DNA from: an uncultured Paraprevotella sp.
GTDB lineage: Bacteria > Bacteroidota > Bacteroidia > Bacteroidales > Bacteroidaceae
Reading direction: 5' to 3'
Length of the DNA: 64,000 nt
Assembly: GCA_964540455.1 (NCBI GenBank)
Contig: CAZIMK010000002.1
Location: forward strand, 39,643 to 103,642
A program made the position numbers and the translations under genes. The notes under the pieces were generated by a model that was given only the letters and a program-made list of their open reading frames with translations, had not been told where the DNA came from and searched no databases. This document shows positions 36,380 to 47,185 of this stretch, in pieces (position 1 is the stretch's first letter; each line of letters begins with the position of its first letter).

Positions 36380-38884
36380 TCAGAACGGATAACCCACCGC
36401 CAGATGATAGCCCAGGCTGTCTCGGAAACGGGGCATGTTGTAATAACCGCTCTTTCCCGTATCGAACGGGGCATGCAGCCCCACACCCACATCGAAACGG
36501 AGCACGAGGAAATCCAGATCATAGCGGAGGCCGACTCCTGTCCCCAGTGCAAGGTCTTTGGCAAACGTGGACAGGCGGAGCGCTCCGTCGGGACGGTCGC
36601 TGTCGGGGTTCATCAGCCAGACATTGCCGGCATCCAGGAATACGGCTCCATAAAGCGACGATATGATGGGAAAACGGTATTCCACATTGGCCTCCATCTT
36701 GATGTCTCCCATCTGGTCTATATAGGAATAGGCGGAATTTCCGGGATGGTAACCGCCGGGCCCCACGCCGCGCACGGCAAAGGCCCGGATGCTGTTGGCT
36801 CCACCGACGGCGAACAGGTCGTTGTAGGGAGCCGTGGTAGAGTTTCCATAACTGTAAATGACGCCTCCGCCGATGCGCGTGGCTATCGTCTGCCGCGACG
36901 TAAGGCGGAAAGCCTCCCGGAATTCGGCCGTGAATTTGATAAACTGTGCAAAAGGAACACCGAATATTTTTTTATCCAGCCGGTTGAAAGGCTTGCCGCA
37001 TGCGGCGAAAATACCGGAAGTGACATTGCCGGCTTCCTTCACCTCCAGAATGAGCGAACGGGGATTGTGCGCCCGGCGACGGCTGGAATACGTGAACGTG
37101 TAGCGCATGGAGGGGACAAACTGGTCGCGCATGCTGACATACAGTGCCTGGTTGGTATTCATGATGGAATCGAACCGGGCTGTCGTATGAAGCAGTTCAT
37201 CATAGTCCAGACGGAAAGGCACGAATTCATGTTTGATGGTCGGCCGGGCCTGGTAGGTGTATCCCACCCGGGCTCCGAACGAGACCATATTGAAATAGTT
37301 GGCCCTGTTGAGCCAGTTGGCATCGAGCATGAAAGAGGTGGTGTTACGCGCACGAACGGACAGTTTCTTCGCCCCGGGAAACACGAGCCGCGGATAGTCC
37401 AGCGACAGCGACGCGCCGTACTCATAGGAGTTGATGGCCGAACCACGCTTTTCCACCGTGGCTCCGGTCTGCCATTCGTATGAACCATGCACTTCGAACT
37501 TCAGTCTCTCGGCTCCGCGGAAAGCATTACGCTTGGACAGCCCGAAGGATATGCCCGGCCCCACCTGTCCGTTGCTTTTGGAGGTGACCTTGGTCTCGAA
37601 TTCCCCGTCGAAAGGTTTGTCGAGCATTGCGGATATCCTGACATCCAGCGTCGTATTGTCCGGTGTCGTGTCCCGCGGCACATATTTGATGTTGACCTGG
37701 CTGAACACTCCCATCCCGTTCAGTTGCTCCACCATCAGTTCATGCAACCGCTGGCGGTACATATCGCCTTTCTTATAGAACAGATAGCGGCGCAAAGGCC
37801 CGAAGCGCAAAGGCGGCTTGTGATTCTTGCAGGCATAAATCAGGGTGTAATCGCGCAGCCGTACCGTATCCGTCCCGATATTCCCCCGGGGATCGTATAT
37901 TTCAATCTGCGTGCTCCCGAGGAAATAGCGGTTGCGCACATTGAGGGGAATATCCGGAGACGGCACGACCTGCAGCTGTACGCGCTCCGGCACCTGCACC
38001 GTGTCGGCCCGGTATGTAATGTATTCCGGCCGGAAATAGTAGAACCCGTTGTTACGGAACAACGTGCTCAGCCGTGTCCGTTCGCCGTCCAGATTCGGCA
38101 CGCTGAATGCATCGCCCTTGCGCAACAGCGACTGGGGCATGGAACGACGCACCAGGGAGTCTGCATATTCCGGGAAATTCAGGTATTCAATGGCATCCAG
38201 ACGAAACAGGGCACGCGGCGTCACGGCGTAGGACACCTTTGCCTGACGGCGTTTTTTCTGAGGCAATATGTCGTAATCCACCGTTCCGCGAAAGAAACCG
38301 TAGTTGCGCAATGTGTTCTGCGCCACGAGCGCTCTTGTCTTCGGATTCACCATATTTATAGTTACCGGCGTGGAGGCGAACGTATTGAATATCCATTTCC
38401 CGAACTTGTTTTTCGAGTTTACGAAACTGTTGTATGTCCACAACCCGATGGGAAACGGAATGCGGTAGGAAGAGCTGCCGAGCAGGGCATTGTTGGGCTT
38501 GTAGGCGAGCGCTCCCCCCACTTCGTCGGTCATCGTGTCGTATGCCTCCTCTATCAGTTCTGTTTCCGCCTTGACGGAATCGCGCTGTTCCTTGGTCAGT
38601 CCTTCCATATCCTGCTTATCGGCCAGATTCTGCATCCCCGACACGTTCTTGCCGGTAATCAGGTCGTCCACGGCCTTGTAGGCGTCCGCGATGGAGGCTA
38701 TCACCCCTTCTTCGCCGGTACGGTCTTTCGCCTTCAGTTTATGCCCGTAGGTGATTTTTTTGATACCCGTATACAGCGTCTCGCCCTCCGGCAGGTTGGC
38801 CGTGGTGGAGCACCCTCCCAGAAACAGCAGGCCTGCCATTCCCGTCATCAGTAATATCCGTTTCATTCGTCCTTCTTTGTTCAT
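36380..38884 (-). CDS. tamA: BamA/TamA-family outer-membrane protein
   Basis: 834 aa. Lipoprotein-like signal 'LLFLGGCSTT', a beta-barrel C-terminus ending '...HLAVGYPF', and an ATGA overlap with the upstream tamB-like gene. Confidence 0.8.
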   Translation of the reverse strand: MNKEGRMKRILLMTGMAGLLFLGGCSTTANLPEGETLYTGIKKITYGHKLKAKDRTGEEGVIASIADAYKAVDDLITGKNVSGMQNLADKQDMEGLTKEQRDSVKAETELIEEAYDTMTDEVGGALAYKPNNALLGSSSYRIPFPIGLWTYNSFVNSKNKFGKWIFNTFASTPVTINMVNPKTRALVAQNTLRNYGFFRGTVDYDILPQKKRRQAKVSYAVTPRALFRLDAIEYLNFPEYADSLVRRSMPQSLLRKGDAFSVPNLDGERTRLSTLFRNNGFYYFRPEYITYRADTVQVPERVQLQVVPSPDIPLNVRNRYFLGSTQIEIYDPRGNIGTDTVRLRDYTLIYACKNHKPPLRFGPLRRYLFYKKGDMYRQRLHELMVEQLNGMGVFSQVNIKYVPRDTTPDNTTLDVRISAMLDKPFDGEFETKVTSKSNGQVGPGISFGLSKRNAFRGAERLKFEVHGSYEWQTGATVEKRGSAINSYEYGASLSLDYPRLVFPGAKKLSVRARNTTSFMLDANWLNRANYFNMVSFGARVGYTYQARPTIKHEFVPFRLDYDELLHTTARFDSIMNTNQALYVSMRDQFVPSMRYTFTYSSRRRAHNPRSLILEVKEAGNVTSGIFAACGKPFNRLDKKIFGVPFAQFIKFTAEFREAFRLTSRQTIATRIGGGVIYSYGNSTTAPYNDLFAVGGANSIRAFAVRGVGPGGYHPGNSAYSYIDQMGDIKMEANVEYRFPIISSLYGAVFLDAGNVWLMNPDSDRPDGALRLSTFAKDLALGTGVGLRYDLDFLVLRFDVGVGLHAPFDTGKSGYYNMPRFRDSLGYHLAVGYPF

Positions 38885-41800
38885 TGTCCGTCCTCCGGCC
38901 GCGCATCCGTGTTCTTCCTGTTGCGGAAGATAAAAAGTTCTCCCAGCCTGTCCATCTTCTTGCGAAGCACCAGACCGGCTCCCATCTCCGTAATCTCGCC
39001 CTCCAGCATGGATTCGTAGTTCTTGTCGTAGAAAAGTTTCACATAGCGGGTGGCGCTCTTGTCAAGCCTGTATTCCAGCGATACGTTGTCGATCAGCGTC
39101 TGTCCCGTATTCTCCACATCCTCTCCCGTAGAAACTTTTCCTCCCACGATGATGCTGATGCGGTTGCCCCAGAAACGCTTGGCAAACCGGAACGAATAGT
39201 CCGTCTGCGTACCGCCGTCGGCCGAGGTGCTGTTTTCCATACCCACGGAAAGATCGATGGTACGCAAGGCCTTTCCGGCAATACTGTTGATCTCGCTCTG
39301 CAGAAGCGAGTTCAAGGCATTCTGGGTAGAAAATCCGCCGCCACCGCCGGAATTATTTTCGTTCAGGTACATACCTGTCGCCAGCATTGTCACGGCCAAC
39401 CGTCCGCGCTGCTCGGAAGACATGGAGGCCAGTTCGTTGCGCACGTTCATGTCCTCCGGGGCATCCAGCGTGAATTCGAGTCCCATATTCGCAAGGTTCT
39501 GGGTGATGGAAAGTCCCACATCGAAAGCCACCGTGCGCGGCACGTCGTTTTCCGTCACCGTAGCCCGGACACGTTCCGAAGCGGATATATTCAACCCCGG
39601 ATTGGCCACGTCCCCGGTAAACTCTATATAACTGCCGTTTTTCAGCGTAAACGTCTTCAAAGGTATCACAGGCAGCGAATACTTCATCTCGCCGCTCAAC
39701 ACCGTATAGCGTCCGCTAAGCTGCAAGTCGCCTTCGGGAGAATAAGTCAGGGTCAGGTTTCCTCCGCCCTCGATTTCCACGTAATTGGACTGGTCGGCGC
39801 TCAGGATGCAATACACCTGCGCCGCCTGGTCGATGCCGAGACGCACCACCATGTCCAGATTGAGCGGAGCGGCCTTCCCTGCATCCGCCACCTCGGTCGT
39901 ATCGGAGAAATCCACAAAAGTCACAAGGTCACTCAAGCGGTCCTCCACCGTCAGTGGAGAATCCTTCAGCACATAAGTGACGTCCGTATTCCCAAGCACA
40001 TTCAATTGTCCCCGGACAGAGACATTGTCCGGATTCCCCTGTATACGGGTGTCGATATCCACGTACACCTTGCCGTAGGCCGACGCCTGCTGCGTTCTCG
40101 GCGCGTTGATAAGCTCATAGTTCTTCGCCGTGACACGCGTATCGAACGTCACATTGTCGAACCGGCGGAAATCCACCCGTCCGTCCACCAGCAACGGGTT
40201 GTTGTTAAGGGAATATATCTTCAGTCTGTTCAGCAGCAGACGACTGTCGTCAATCCGTATCGAATCATCCGCCACCCGAAGGCTCAGGCTGTATTCCGCC
40301 GATTTCACGCGCACCGAATCCAGTCCGAATCCCCCGTTGATACTCAGCCGGTCCATCGGTCCCACCGCCGTCAGGCTTCCGTCTATGCTGCCCGCCAGAG
40401 CCACCAGCCCGGGAGACACGAATCCATTGGCCAATGTAAGCGGGAAACCGTTCAGCTCTACCCCGGCATCCAGGGCGCCGCCTTTCTTGTCATCCGTGTA
40501 AGTACCGGACAGCATCAGCACCTCGTCCTCGAAATACAACACTCTGGCATCCACGAAATGCGAACCGTCCTCATTGGGCAGATACACGGCATTCATTCCC
40601 ACCTGCCCCAACGGGGCTTCTTCGTACGTCATGTCGTCCACCGTCATATCCGCCATGACGGAGAGATTGTCCGTCGTCTGCACCAGATGAGCGTCCCCGC
40701 GCAGGAAGCCCGTGATATGGGGAGCATAAGGCAACACATTGGTCAGTTCATCCAGATTCAGACGGTTCAGAGACAGGGATATGTCCTGCAGGGCTTCTTC
40801 GTTGGGTATCGTATATATCTTCACGCCCGTTCCGTCATCGGCAAGCAGGTCGATATCGGCTTTTACCCTACGGTCATTGCCCATAAAGAGGTAATTGTTT
40901 TCATTCAGACGGAAAGTCCGGTAAGCGATCACGGGGTCCAGGGGATCGAACGACACACGCACCCCGTCCTCTTCCAGATCCGCCCGCAACCCGACGTTCA
41001 CTCCCCTGCGTCCCTGTCCGTCCACATAAGTCAACCGGCAGCCCGCCCCGTTGGAAAGGATATACGAATCCAACGTGGCGTCAAACACAAACTGTTTGTT
41101 TTTCGGTCCGTTGCATACACGGCTGTCCATTTTCACGCCCGTAGAATCCTGGAAGACATGCCACTGGATTGTATCGAGCAGGATACCGTCCGCGTCCAGC
41201 GTATGCACATACCCCTTTCCGTTCAGCCCCACTTCCGGATTCGAAGCCAGTTCAAACGACAGGTCTCTGAACTGGAAGCCCTGTGCCGCCAGCGTATTGC
41301 TGACCGGATTGTGACGTCCCGAACGGATTCTGGCATTCAGACTGGGCAGAAAGGCTTTCAAAGCCTCCTGGTCAATGCGCCGGTCGGCAACCTGGCGTTT
41401 CAGTTCCTCCATGAAAAGCCCCGCCTGCTTCACAATCTGTTCCAGCGCTCCCCGCCCACTGGCATTCACCTGCAAATCGCCGGCCCTCACATCCGCATAC
41501 AAAGTGTCCGGCCTCAGCAATACGTCCAGCGAAAGCGCCGCAGGGCGGAATAACGTATCAGGCAAAATGAGCGACAAGTCGGAAAGTTCCCCCTGTACGG
41601 CATGACTGTCTTTCATGTTCGTGCTTCCGTCCATATGCAGGCACATGGACGTGGCAAAGGGCTTCGAAGTAAGCCGCAATGCATACCAGTCGGCTTTCTT
41701 CATATCCACATTGAGTGTCATATCTATATTCCTGCGGGAAACAAGGGCATCCACACGGGAGCGGACCGCCAGCATATCATTGTCGCTGTTCAGTTCCAAC

Positions 41801-43470
41801 ACCGCCTTTCCTTTCTGCAGCGACGCTTCAAGCGCAGTCCCCGTCACGTCCAGACTGTCATATTGCAGACGCTCCAGTTCGGCACGGGCCTGCAACGCCG
41901 TGGCGTGCGACATGGGGTCGAAACCGGCTCCGTCGACAGCGATTTTGGCCGAAAGCAAATACAGGAAATCCTGCGGCAGGAAGTCATGCAACTGCAGATT
42001 GTCCACATGCAGGGCCGCATCATACGCCATACGACCGGCGTCGAACCGCGCCCGCAATCCCACACGTCCGTTCCTTTCGCGCAGGGTCAGATCCGTATGG
42101 TATTTATCCCCCTTCATTCCGGCCTTGCCCGTCAATGCCATCGGAGGCAGAGCCACTCCGGGCAGTCCGTCCGGACCGGCCAGCCATTTTACGAAAGCCA
42201 TATCGCGCGTAGTCGCGTTCACGTCCAGCCGCGCCTGCCTCCGCTTGTCATCCAGCAAACGGGTGAATGTTCCGCCTACCCTGACCGCAAAGGCACGGTC
42301 CAGAGCCAGTTCCAGTCCGTGCAATGCCAACGAATCGACATTACCGTCCGCCGACAAGGACAGGGTCAGCGGTTTGTTGGGGTATCGCCTCACAAAACCG
42401 TCGGGCATATCTCCGGCAAAGAACATGACATCCTGTTTCCCGATCTCGGCCTGTAACCGGGCCAACAGCTTGCCGCCGCCTCCAGTCGTTACCGAAGAGA
42501 AATCCATATCCGCCAATGCCTGCAGGTGCGAGTCCGGCGTCTCCAGCACCAGACCGGCTACATGCACAGACGTTTCATCCATCCGTAGCCGGGCTGCCAG
42601 ACGTTCCACCTCCAGCCCGCTTTTCTCACGCAAGGCCAGGCGTTCCAGCCCGAGAGAGAGCTGCAGGGGAGACTGCACGAAACGTACGCTGTCTACCTGC
42701 AAATCCACACCGCTCAACAGAAGATGATTCACATCCAGCCCCGCCGTTACCGACTGATTCGTCAGATCATACCGGAGAGTATCGGCTTGCAGGCTCAGTC
42801 GGCGGACATCATACTCTCCCCGCCCCAAATCGATCTGTCCGCCGGTGAGCAACGCCTGACGGACATCGACGCCCACCGACATGGAGTCCGGCTGCATGTT
42901 TAACCGCACACGGGCCGAGTGCAACGCAACCCGGCCAAGCTCTATCCGCCAGTCAACAGACGAAGAGGCCGTATCCGAAGCAGTCGTGTCGTTCAGCTGG
43001 ATATTTACATCCGCATCATCCAGCAATACATTGTCGAGCATCACCCTGCGGGCCGGTAAATCGACTCCATGGGAATCCAGAAAGAAGCGCTCCAGCCGGC
43101 CGTTTACCGTCAGACCGTCTACCAACGTACCCGTGTCTACCGTCGCCCGTCGTATCTCAAAGGCATCCACATCGATTTCTCCCCGAAAAAGCCTCCATAG
43201 ATTCAAGTCCACAATCAGGTCCCCGACCTGCATCTCCATGGCTTCTTTCCTATCGGAGACACGCACATGCTGTAAATCCAGGTCGAGTGGGAAAGACAGC
43301 CGCAACCGTTCTATAGAAATATCCATTCCGGTAGCCCCGGCCACATAGGCGGTTGTTTCCCTCACCACAAAATCCTGTATCGGAGGTACATATAATAACA
43401 ATGAAAGAAGAAGGAACAATGCCACCGGAGCCAACAGCACGGCCACTATCCATTTCAAAACTTTCTTCAT
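38881..43470 (-). CDS. tamB: Translocation/assembly module TamB-like protein
   Basis: 1529 aa. An N-terminal membrane anchor 'IVAVLLAPVALFLLLSLLLYV', a long beta-rich body, and a DUF490-like C-terminus ('GGKVSTGEDVENTGQTLIDNVSLEYRL'). Confidence 0.8.
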   Translation of the reverse strand: MKKVLKWIVAVLLAPVALFLLLSLLLYVPPIQDFVVRETTAYVAGATGMDISIERLRLSFPLDLDLQHVRVSDRKEAMEMQVGDLIVDLNLWRLFRGEIDVDAFEIRRATVDTGTLVDGLTVNGRLERFFLDSHGVDLPARRVMLDNVLLDDADVNIQLNDTTASDTASSSVDWRIELGRVALHSARVRLNMQPDSMSVGVDVRQALLTGGQIDLGRGEYDVRRLSLQADTLRYDLTNQSVTAGLDVNHLLLSGVDLQVDSVRFVQSPLQLSLGLERLALREKSGLEVERLAARLRMDETSVHVAGLVLETPDSHLQALADMDFSSVTTGGGGKLLARLQAEIGKQDVMFFAGDMPDGFVRRYPNKPLTLSLSADGNVDSLALHGLELALDRAFAVRVGGTFTRLLDDKRRQARLDVNATTRDMAFVKWLAGPDGLPGVALPPMALTGKAGMKGDKYHTDLTLRERNGRVGLRARFDAGRMAYDAALHVDNLQLHDFLPQDFLYLLSAKIAVDGAGFDPMSHATALQARAELERLQYDSLDVTGTALEASLQKGKAVLELNSDNDMLAVRSRVDALVSRRNIDMTLNVDMKKADWYALRLTSKPFATSMCLHMDGSTNMKDSHAVQGELSDLSLILPDTLFRPAALSLDVLLRPDTLYADVRAGDLQVNASGRGALEQIVKQAGLFMEELKRQVADRRIDQEALKAFLPSLNARIRSGRHNPVSNTLAAQGFQFRDLSFELASNPEVGLNGKGYVHTLDADGILLDTIQWHVFQDSTGVKMDSRVCNGPKNKQFVFDATLDSYILSNGAGCRLTYVDGQGRRGVNVGLRADLEEDGVRVSFDPLDPVIAYRTFRLNENNYLFMGNDRRVKADIDLLADDGTGVKIYTIPNEEALQDISLSLNRLNLDELTNVLPYAPHITGFLRGDAHLVQTTDNLSVMADMTVDDMTYEEAPLGQVGMNAVYLPNEDGSHFVDARVLYFEDEVLMLSGTYTDDKKGGALDAGVELNGFPLTLANGFVSPGLVALAGSIDGSLTAVGPMDRLSINGGFGLDSVRVKSAEYSLSLRVADDSIRIDDSRLLLNRLKIYSLNNNPLLVDGRVDFRRFDNVTFDTRVTAKNYELINAPRTQQASAYGKVYVDIDTRIQGNPDNVSVRGQLNVLGNTDVTYVLKDSPLTVEDRLSDLVTFVDFSDTTEVADAGKAAPLNLDMVVRLGIDQAAQVYCILSADQSNYVEIEGGGNLTLTYSPEGDLQLSGRYTVLSGEMKYSLPVIPLKTFTLKNGSYIEFTGDVANPGLNISASERVRATVTENDVPRTVAFDVGLSITQNLANMGLEFTLDAPEDMNVRNELASMSSEQRGRLAVTMLATGMYLNENNSGGGGGFSTQNALNSLLQSEINSIAGKALRTIDLSVGMENSTSADGGTQTDYSFRFAKRFWGNRISIIVGGKVSTGEDVENTGQTLIDNVSLEYRLDKSATRYVKLFYDKNYESMLEGEITEMGAGLVLRKKMDRLGELFIFRNRKNTDARPEDGQ

Positions 43471-43567
43471 AAACAGGGTATTCTTTATTTAGACACAAAG
43501 GAAAGGCTTTTTTCTTTATTTAAGCGCAGAATTTCTCTAAAAAGCTTGAACATAAATCCGAATTAAC

Positions 43568-43575
43568 TAATTTTG
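43568..43575 (+). promoter_or_regulatory. -7 promoter motif (TAATTTTG)
   Basis: Matches TAnnTTTG, 32 nt upstream of the ATG at 43607. Confidence 0.5.
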
Positions 43576-43606
43576 CAAACCATTGGTATTCTTTATCTGA
43601 TAAAAT

Positions 43607-44446
43607 ATGAAAGCAAGTCACATAGCATCAATACTGCTGAGCCTGATGGTTTGTATCAGTTGCAGGCACAATTCCCCGGACACAAAAGAAAAAGAGACAA
43701 GGGTGCGCATAGAAACATCCCTGGGCGAGCTGGAAGTGAAACTTTACAACGAAACCCCGATACATCGGGATAACTTTCTGAAACTGGTACGGGACGGCGT
43801 ATATGACAATGTATTGTTTCACCGCATCATACGAGAGTTTATGGTACAGGCCGGCGATCCGGCCCAAAGAACGGAAGAGGCCGCGACCGCCGTGGATACG
43901 AACGAGCTCCGCTACACCCTGCCGGCGGAAATCGTTTATCCCAGATATTACCACAAAAAAGGGGCACTGGCTGCCGCACGTATGGGAGACGATGTCAATC
44001 CTCTCAGGGAATCGAGCGGCACGCAGTTCTACATCGTCACGGGAAAAGTGTTCACCACGGGCCAACTGTCCGAACTGAAAAACGCCGTTTATCAGAGCAA
44101 AGTGGATGCCTGTTACGAAAGCCTCTGTCAGAGGCATGCGGAAGAAATAAACCTGATGTCCCGACGGAAAGAGACGGAAGCGTTGCAGGCGCTCAGGGAC
44201 TCGCTGCTATACGAGGCCGAATCCCGCATAGCCGCCAACCCGCCCGCTCCTTTCACGGACATGCAGAAGAAAACTTATACGACCGTCGGCGGGGCGCCTC
44301 ATCTGGACGGGGAATATACCGTATTCGGAGAAGTCACGGATGGAATGGCCGTGGTGGAAGCCTTGGAAAAAGTGCGTACCGACGAAAAGGACCATCCCGT
44401 CCGGGAAGTGTTTATCCGTAAGATGACTGTTATAGACGATAAATAA
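43607..44446 (+). CDS. Cyclophilin-type peptidyl-prolyl isomerase (lipoprotein)
   Basis: 279 aa with 'LMVCISC' (lipobox-like), 'FHRIIREFMVQAGDP' and 'VFGEV..GM.VV'. Confidence 0.85.
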   Translation: MKASHIASILLSLMVCISCRHNSPDTKEKETRVRIETSLGELEVKLYNETPIHRDNFLKLVRDGVYDNVLFHRIIREFMVQAGDPAQRTEEAATAVDTNELRYTLPAEIVYPRYYHKKGALAAARMGDDVNPLRESSGTQFYIVTGKVFTTGQLSELKNAVYQSKVDACYESLCQRHAEEINLMSRRKETEALQALRDSLLYEAESRIAANPPAPFTDMQKKTYTTVGGAPHLDGEYTVFGEVTDGMAVVEALEKVRTDEKDHPVREVFIRKMTVIDDK

Positions 44447-44494
44447 AGGAAGAAACCGCAGGAACAAGGAAAGAAATGTACCGGCCCGCCCCTC

Positions 44495-45040
44495 TCAGCG
44501 AATATTTATCAGTTTGTGCGTCTGCAGGCTGAGACGCCACCGGGGATGGCTCAGCACACAGGCCACCGTTTCCGCCGTATTGCCGCACGAACAGGGCTGA
44601 AGGAAGAAATGGTCGGCAGACAATCGCTCATAAGGTGTGATGTCCTGCCCCTCGTAGACCACCTTCACCTCGTCGATATGCTCCACCGCCAGCTGTGTCC
44701 CCTGCTTGGGAGAACAAGTCACCCAGTCCACCTCAGCAAGCAAAGGACGTGTGCCGTTGGTCTCGACAGCCACATACTTGCCGGCCTTATGCAAGGCATC
44801 TATCAGCGAACCGTCTATCTGAATAGACGGCTCACCCCCCGTCAGGACAACCATGCGGGCCGGATATTTCCTCACCTCGGCCAGAATCTCCGCGTCGGTC
44901 ATCATCACCCCCTCCTCGTGTTGCGTGTCACAGAACGCGCATTTCAGGTTGCATCCGGAAAAACGGATAAAGACGGCGGGCGTACCCGTGTGGTATCCTT
45001 CGCCCTGCAGACTATAGAAAATTTCGTTAATCTTCCTCAT
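44495..45040 (-). CDS. queE: 7-carboxy-7-deazaguanine synthase (radical SAM)
   Basis: 181 aa with 'EIFYSLQGEGYHTGTPAVFIRFSGCNLKCAFCDT'. Confidence 0.9.
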   Translation of the reverse strand: MRKINEIFYSLQGEGYHTGTPAVFIRFSGCNLKCAFCDTQHEEGVMMTDAEILAEVRKYPARMVVLTGGEPSIQIDGSLIDALHKAGKYVAVETNGTRPLLAEVDWVTCSPKQGTQLAVEHIDEVKVVYEGQDITPYERLSADHFFLQPCSCGNTAETVACVLSHPRWRLSLQTHKLINIR

Positions 45041-45359
45041 AAACAGCCACGTTCCCTTCCGATTCCTGCACCTCCGCCTTATAGCATTGAGGGATTTGTC
45101 CGCACACCCAGCGTGCGATGTTCTCCGCCGTGGGATTGAACGGCAACACTTCGTTCAGGTTCCGGTGGTCGAGCTGTTCCATGATAACCTCCTTGATGCG
45201 GGTGAAATCCACCACCATTCCGTTCTCGTCCAGCCGCTCCGAGCGACAGTGCACCGTAATTATCCAGTTGTGACCGTGCAGACGGGTGCATTTGCTTTCA
45301 TACGGGAGCACCAGCCTGTGCGCGGCCGATATCTCCATCCGTTTGATTACTGTAAACAT
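45027..45359 (-). CDS. queD: 6-carboxytetrahydropterin synthase
   Basis: 110 aa with 'EISAAHRL...CTRLHGHNW'. It overlaps queE. Confidence 0.9.
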   Translation of the reverse strand: MFTVIKRMEISAAHRLVLPYESKCTRLHGHNWIITVHCRSERLDENGMVVDFTRIKEVIMEQLDHRNLNEVLPFNPTAENIARWVCGQIPQCYKAEVQESEGNVAVYEED

Positions 45360-45411
45360 ATTGATACGCCTTTTTTAGTTTCCTGCATTTAATGTCACCT
45401 CAATGCGACGG

Positions 45412-45419
45412 CAAAGATA
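45412..45419 (-). promoter_or_regulatory. -7 promoter motif (TATCTTTG on the minus strand) for queDE
   Basis: The plus strand reads CAAAGATA. It lies about 52 nt upstream of the queD ATG. Confidence 0.5.
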
Positions 45420-45479
45420 ACACAAAAAGCGATACATACAGCACATCCTGCACCAAATACAGGAAACGATATACTTTTG

Positions 45480-46760
45480 CTATATCGACAATGCCATATT
45501 TGCGGCTATAGAACGCACCATATCCTGCGGCACGTCACATTCTGCGGCAATGGCCGGCCAGCCCGATGATATTTCACAAATCTCATCGATAATCAGAGAA
45601 GCTTCCCTGATATTATTCCGATTCGCACATTCCAGCAAATCCTTGCGGGTAATATCGTCAAACTTGCCGTTAACCGACATCTGGTGCGTCGCCGTCCAGC
45701 CGCCGTCCGGATTGTAAGCATAACCCATGTCGTATGCAGGCGACAATCTCCACACACCGTTTTCCCCCATCAGGAACGAAATGTTTTTCGTATGATCGTC
45801 CTGATTCCTGACCACGACATTGAACACCATTCTCCGAAACATCTCTCTGGCTTGAATGTACGGCAGCCGAAGAGCCCGCATCACATCAAAGGCCTGCTCA
45901 TATGAATATGCCCGGTGCAGCCGATAATCATAGTGTGCGATTCCGCACAGCGTCTGCATGTGCAGTTTCTTCCCGTCAACCCGGTCAAAACGTTTCGTCA
46001 TGAAGTGCGCACGTCCGTTCTCTTCTTTCAATTCACAATCGGTCATTTCGATACCGCATTTCCTGACCAATTGATAAAAAGAGTATTCGAGACGTCCGTA
46101 ATTGTCCGTTTCGCGGAACCCTGTCGTCGCGGACACGCCGTCCAGCTTTATAATATAATAATCAAAACCTTCGGGTGCTTCCACTTGTCCCGAACGAACC
46201 TCTCCTGTCGCTTTGTTATATGCGATGATTGCCTTGGCACGCTGTCCGCCGGCAGATGTACCAAGCCGCACGATTTCCGCGATGGCTGCTTTCCTGTCGT
46301 CATCTATATTAACTCCGAAACTTTCCTTCTCAGCCAAAGCTTCCTTTGCCACATCGACCAGCGATTCAATTTCAAAATGTAAACCGGAATCATACGGAAC
46401 CTCCATGGCCGGCTCGAATTCCAAGGCTCCCATACAGCGCCTGCCGAGAAAACACAGTGTCTCTATCGGATTGCTGCTGGTCCGGCCTGTAAGTGAAAGC
46501 CACCGGATGAACAGAGCACGGCCATAGGTATCCGGAAGCGAATCCGCCAACATGCCGGGCAATCCCCTGAATGTATCACCGCCAATATTCCCGAAAGAAT
46601 AGACACGTCCCCGTCGCACCGGCATCATCAACGGGGCCGGTTCAATCCCCTTGCCGATAAAATCCGGGGCATATTCAAACAGAGCCGCCTCGCGATTGCT
46701 GTCCCAGCGAAATGTACCGACCGGAATTCCGAACATATTGACTCTTGCGACATCTACCAT
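45480..46760 (-). CDS. hipA: HipA-family type II toxin kinase
   Basis: 426 aa. An N-terminal coupling domain ('MFGIPVGTFRWD') and the catalytic loop 'RNQDDHTKNISFL'. Confidence 0.85.
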   Translation of the reverse strand: MVDVARVNMFGIPVGTFRWDSNREAALFEYAPDFIGKGIEPAPLMMPVRRGRVYSFGNIGGDTFRGLPGMLADSLPDTYGRALFIRWLSLTGRTSSNPIETLCFLGRRCMGALEFEPAMEVPYDSGLHFEIESLVDVAKEALAEKESFGVNIDDDRKAAIAEIVRLGTSAGGQRAKAIIAYNKATGEVRSGQVEAPEGFDYYIIKLDGVSATTGFRETDNYGRLEYSFYQLVRKCGIEMTDCELKEENGRAHFMTKRFDRVDGKKLHMQTLCGIAHYDYRLHRAYSYEQAFDVMRALRLPYIQAREMFRRMVFNVVVRNQDDHTKNISFLMGENGVWRLSPAYDMGYAYNPDGGWTATHQMSVNGKFDDITRKDLLECANRNNIREASLIIDEICEISSGWPAIAAECDVPQDMVRSIAANMALSI

Positions 46761-47101
46761 TCCGACACCTCCTTCTCCCGGTTGTTTATGCGGCCGACAG
46801 CACGTTTGCGCGTCTTCTTCTGCGCAGTATAAACCAAGTCGTAATATTCATTGGGACTCAACTGTTCTTCCTCGACCAGCGACTGGAATACATCCAACCT
46901 GCCGAGTATCCGCAAGACGCGCAACAACGAACCGAACGAACTGATGGTACCGTTCTCCATCTTTTTGACCGTGGACAACGAAACATCCGCTGATTCGGCC
47001 AGACTCTGCTGGGTTATATTCTGTTTAAGACGGATTGACTTCAGTTTGTCACCGATGCGCTGCTGAATCATTGTGTCCGCCAATACATATATATCATCCA
47101 T
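46754..47101 (-). CDS. XRE-family HTH antitoxin (HipB-like)
   Basis: 'LKSIRLKQNITQQSLAESADVSLSTVKKMENG'. The start was moved to the ATG at 47101. It overlaps the hipA start by 7 nt. Confidence 0.75.
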   Translation of the reverse strand: MDDIYVLADTMIQQRIGDKLKSIRLKQNITQQSLAESADVSLSTVKKMENGTISSFGSLLRVLRILGRLDVFQSLVEEEQLSPNEYYDLVYTAQKKTRKRAVGRINNREKEVSEW

Positions 47102-47185
47102 AAAAGTCGAATTATAAACTATTACGACGCAAATATAACAATAATAGTTTAAATCACAACCCTTACAAACCGAAAAACACAACTA

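Noticed and set aside
45360-45411. A possible preQ1-I riboswitch in the queD leader: a small hairpin GCAUU-12 nt-AAUGC followed by AGGAAACUAAAAAAGG.
   Set aside because: The context (upstream of queDE) and the A-rich tail are suggestive. However, CUA precedes the A-run, whereas in the class I consensus it follows it. I also could not find loop nucleotides able to form the P2 pseudoknot with the tail. A cmsearch with Rfam RF00522 would settle it, and I expect no hit.
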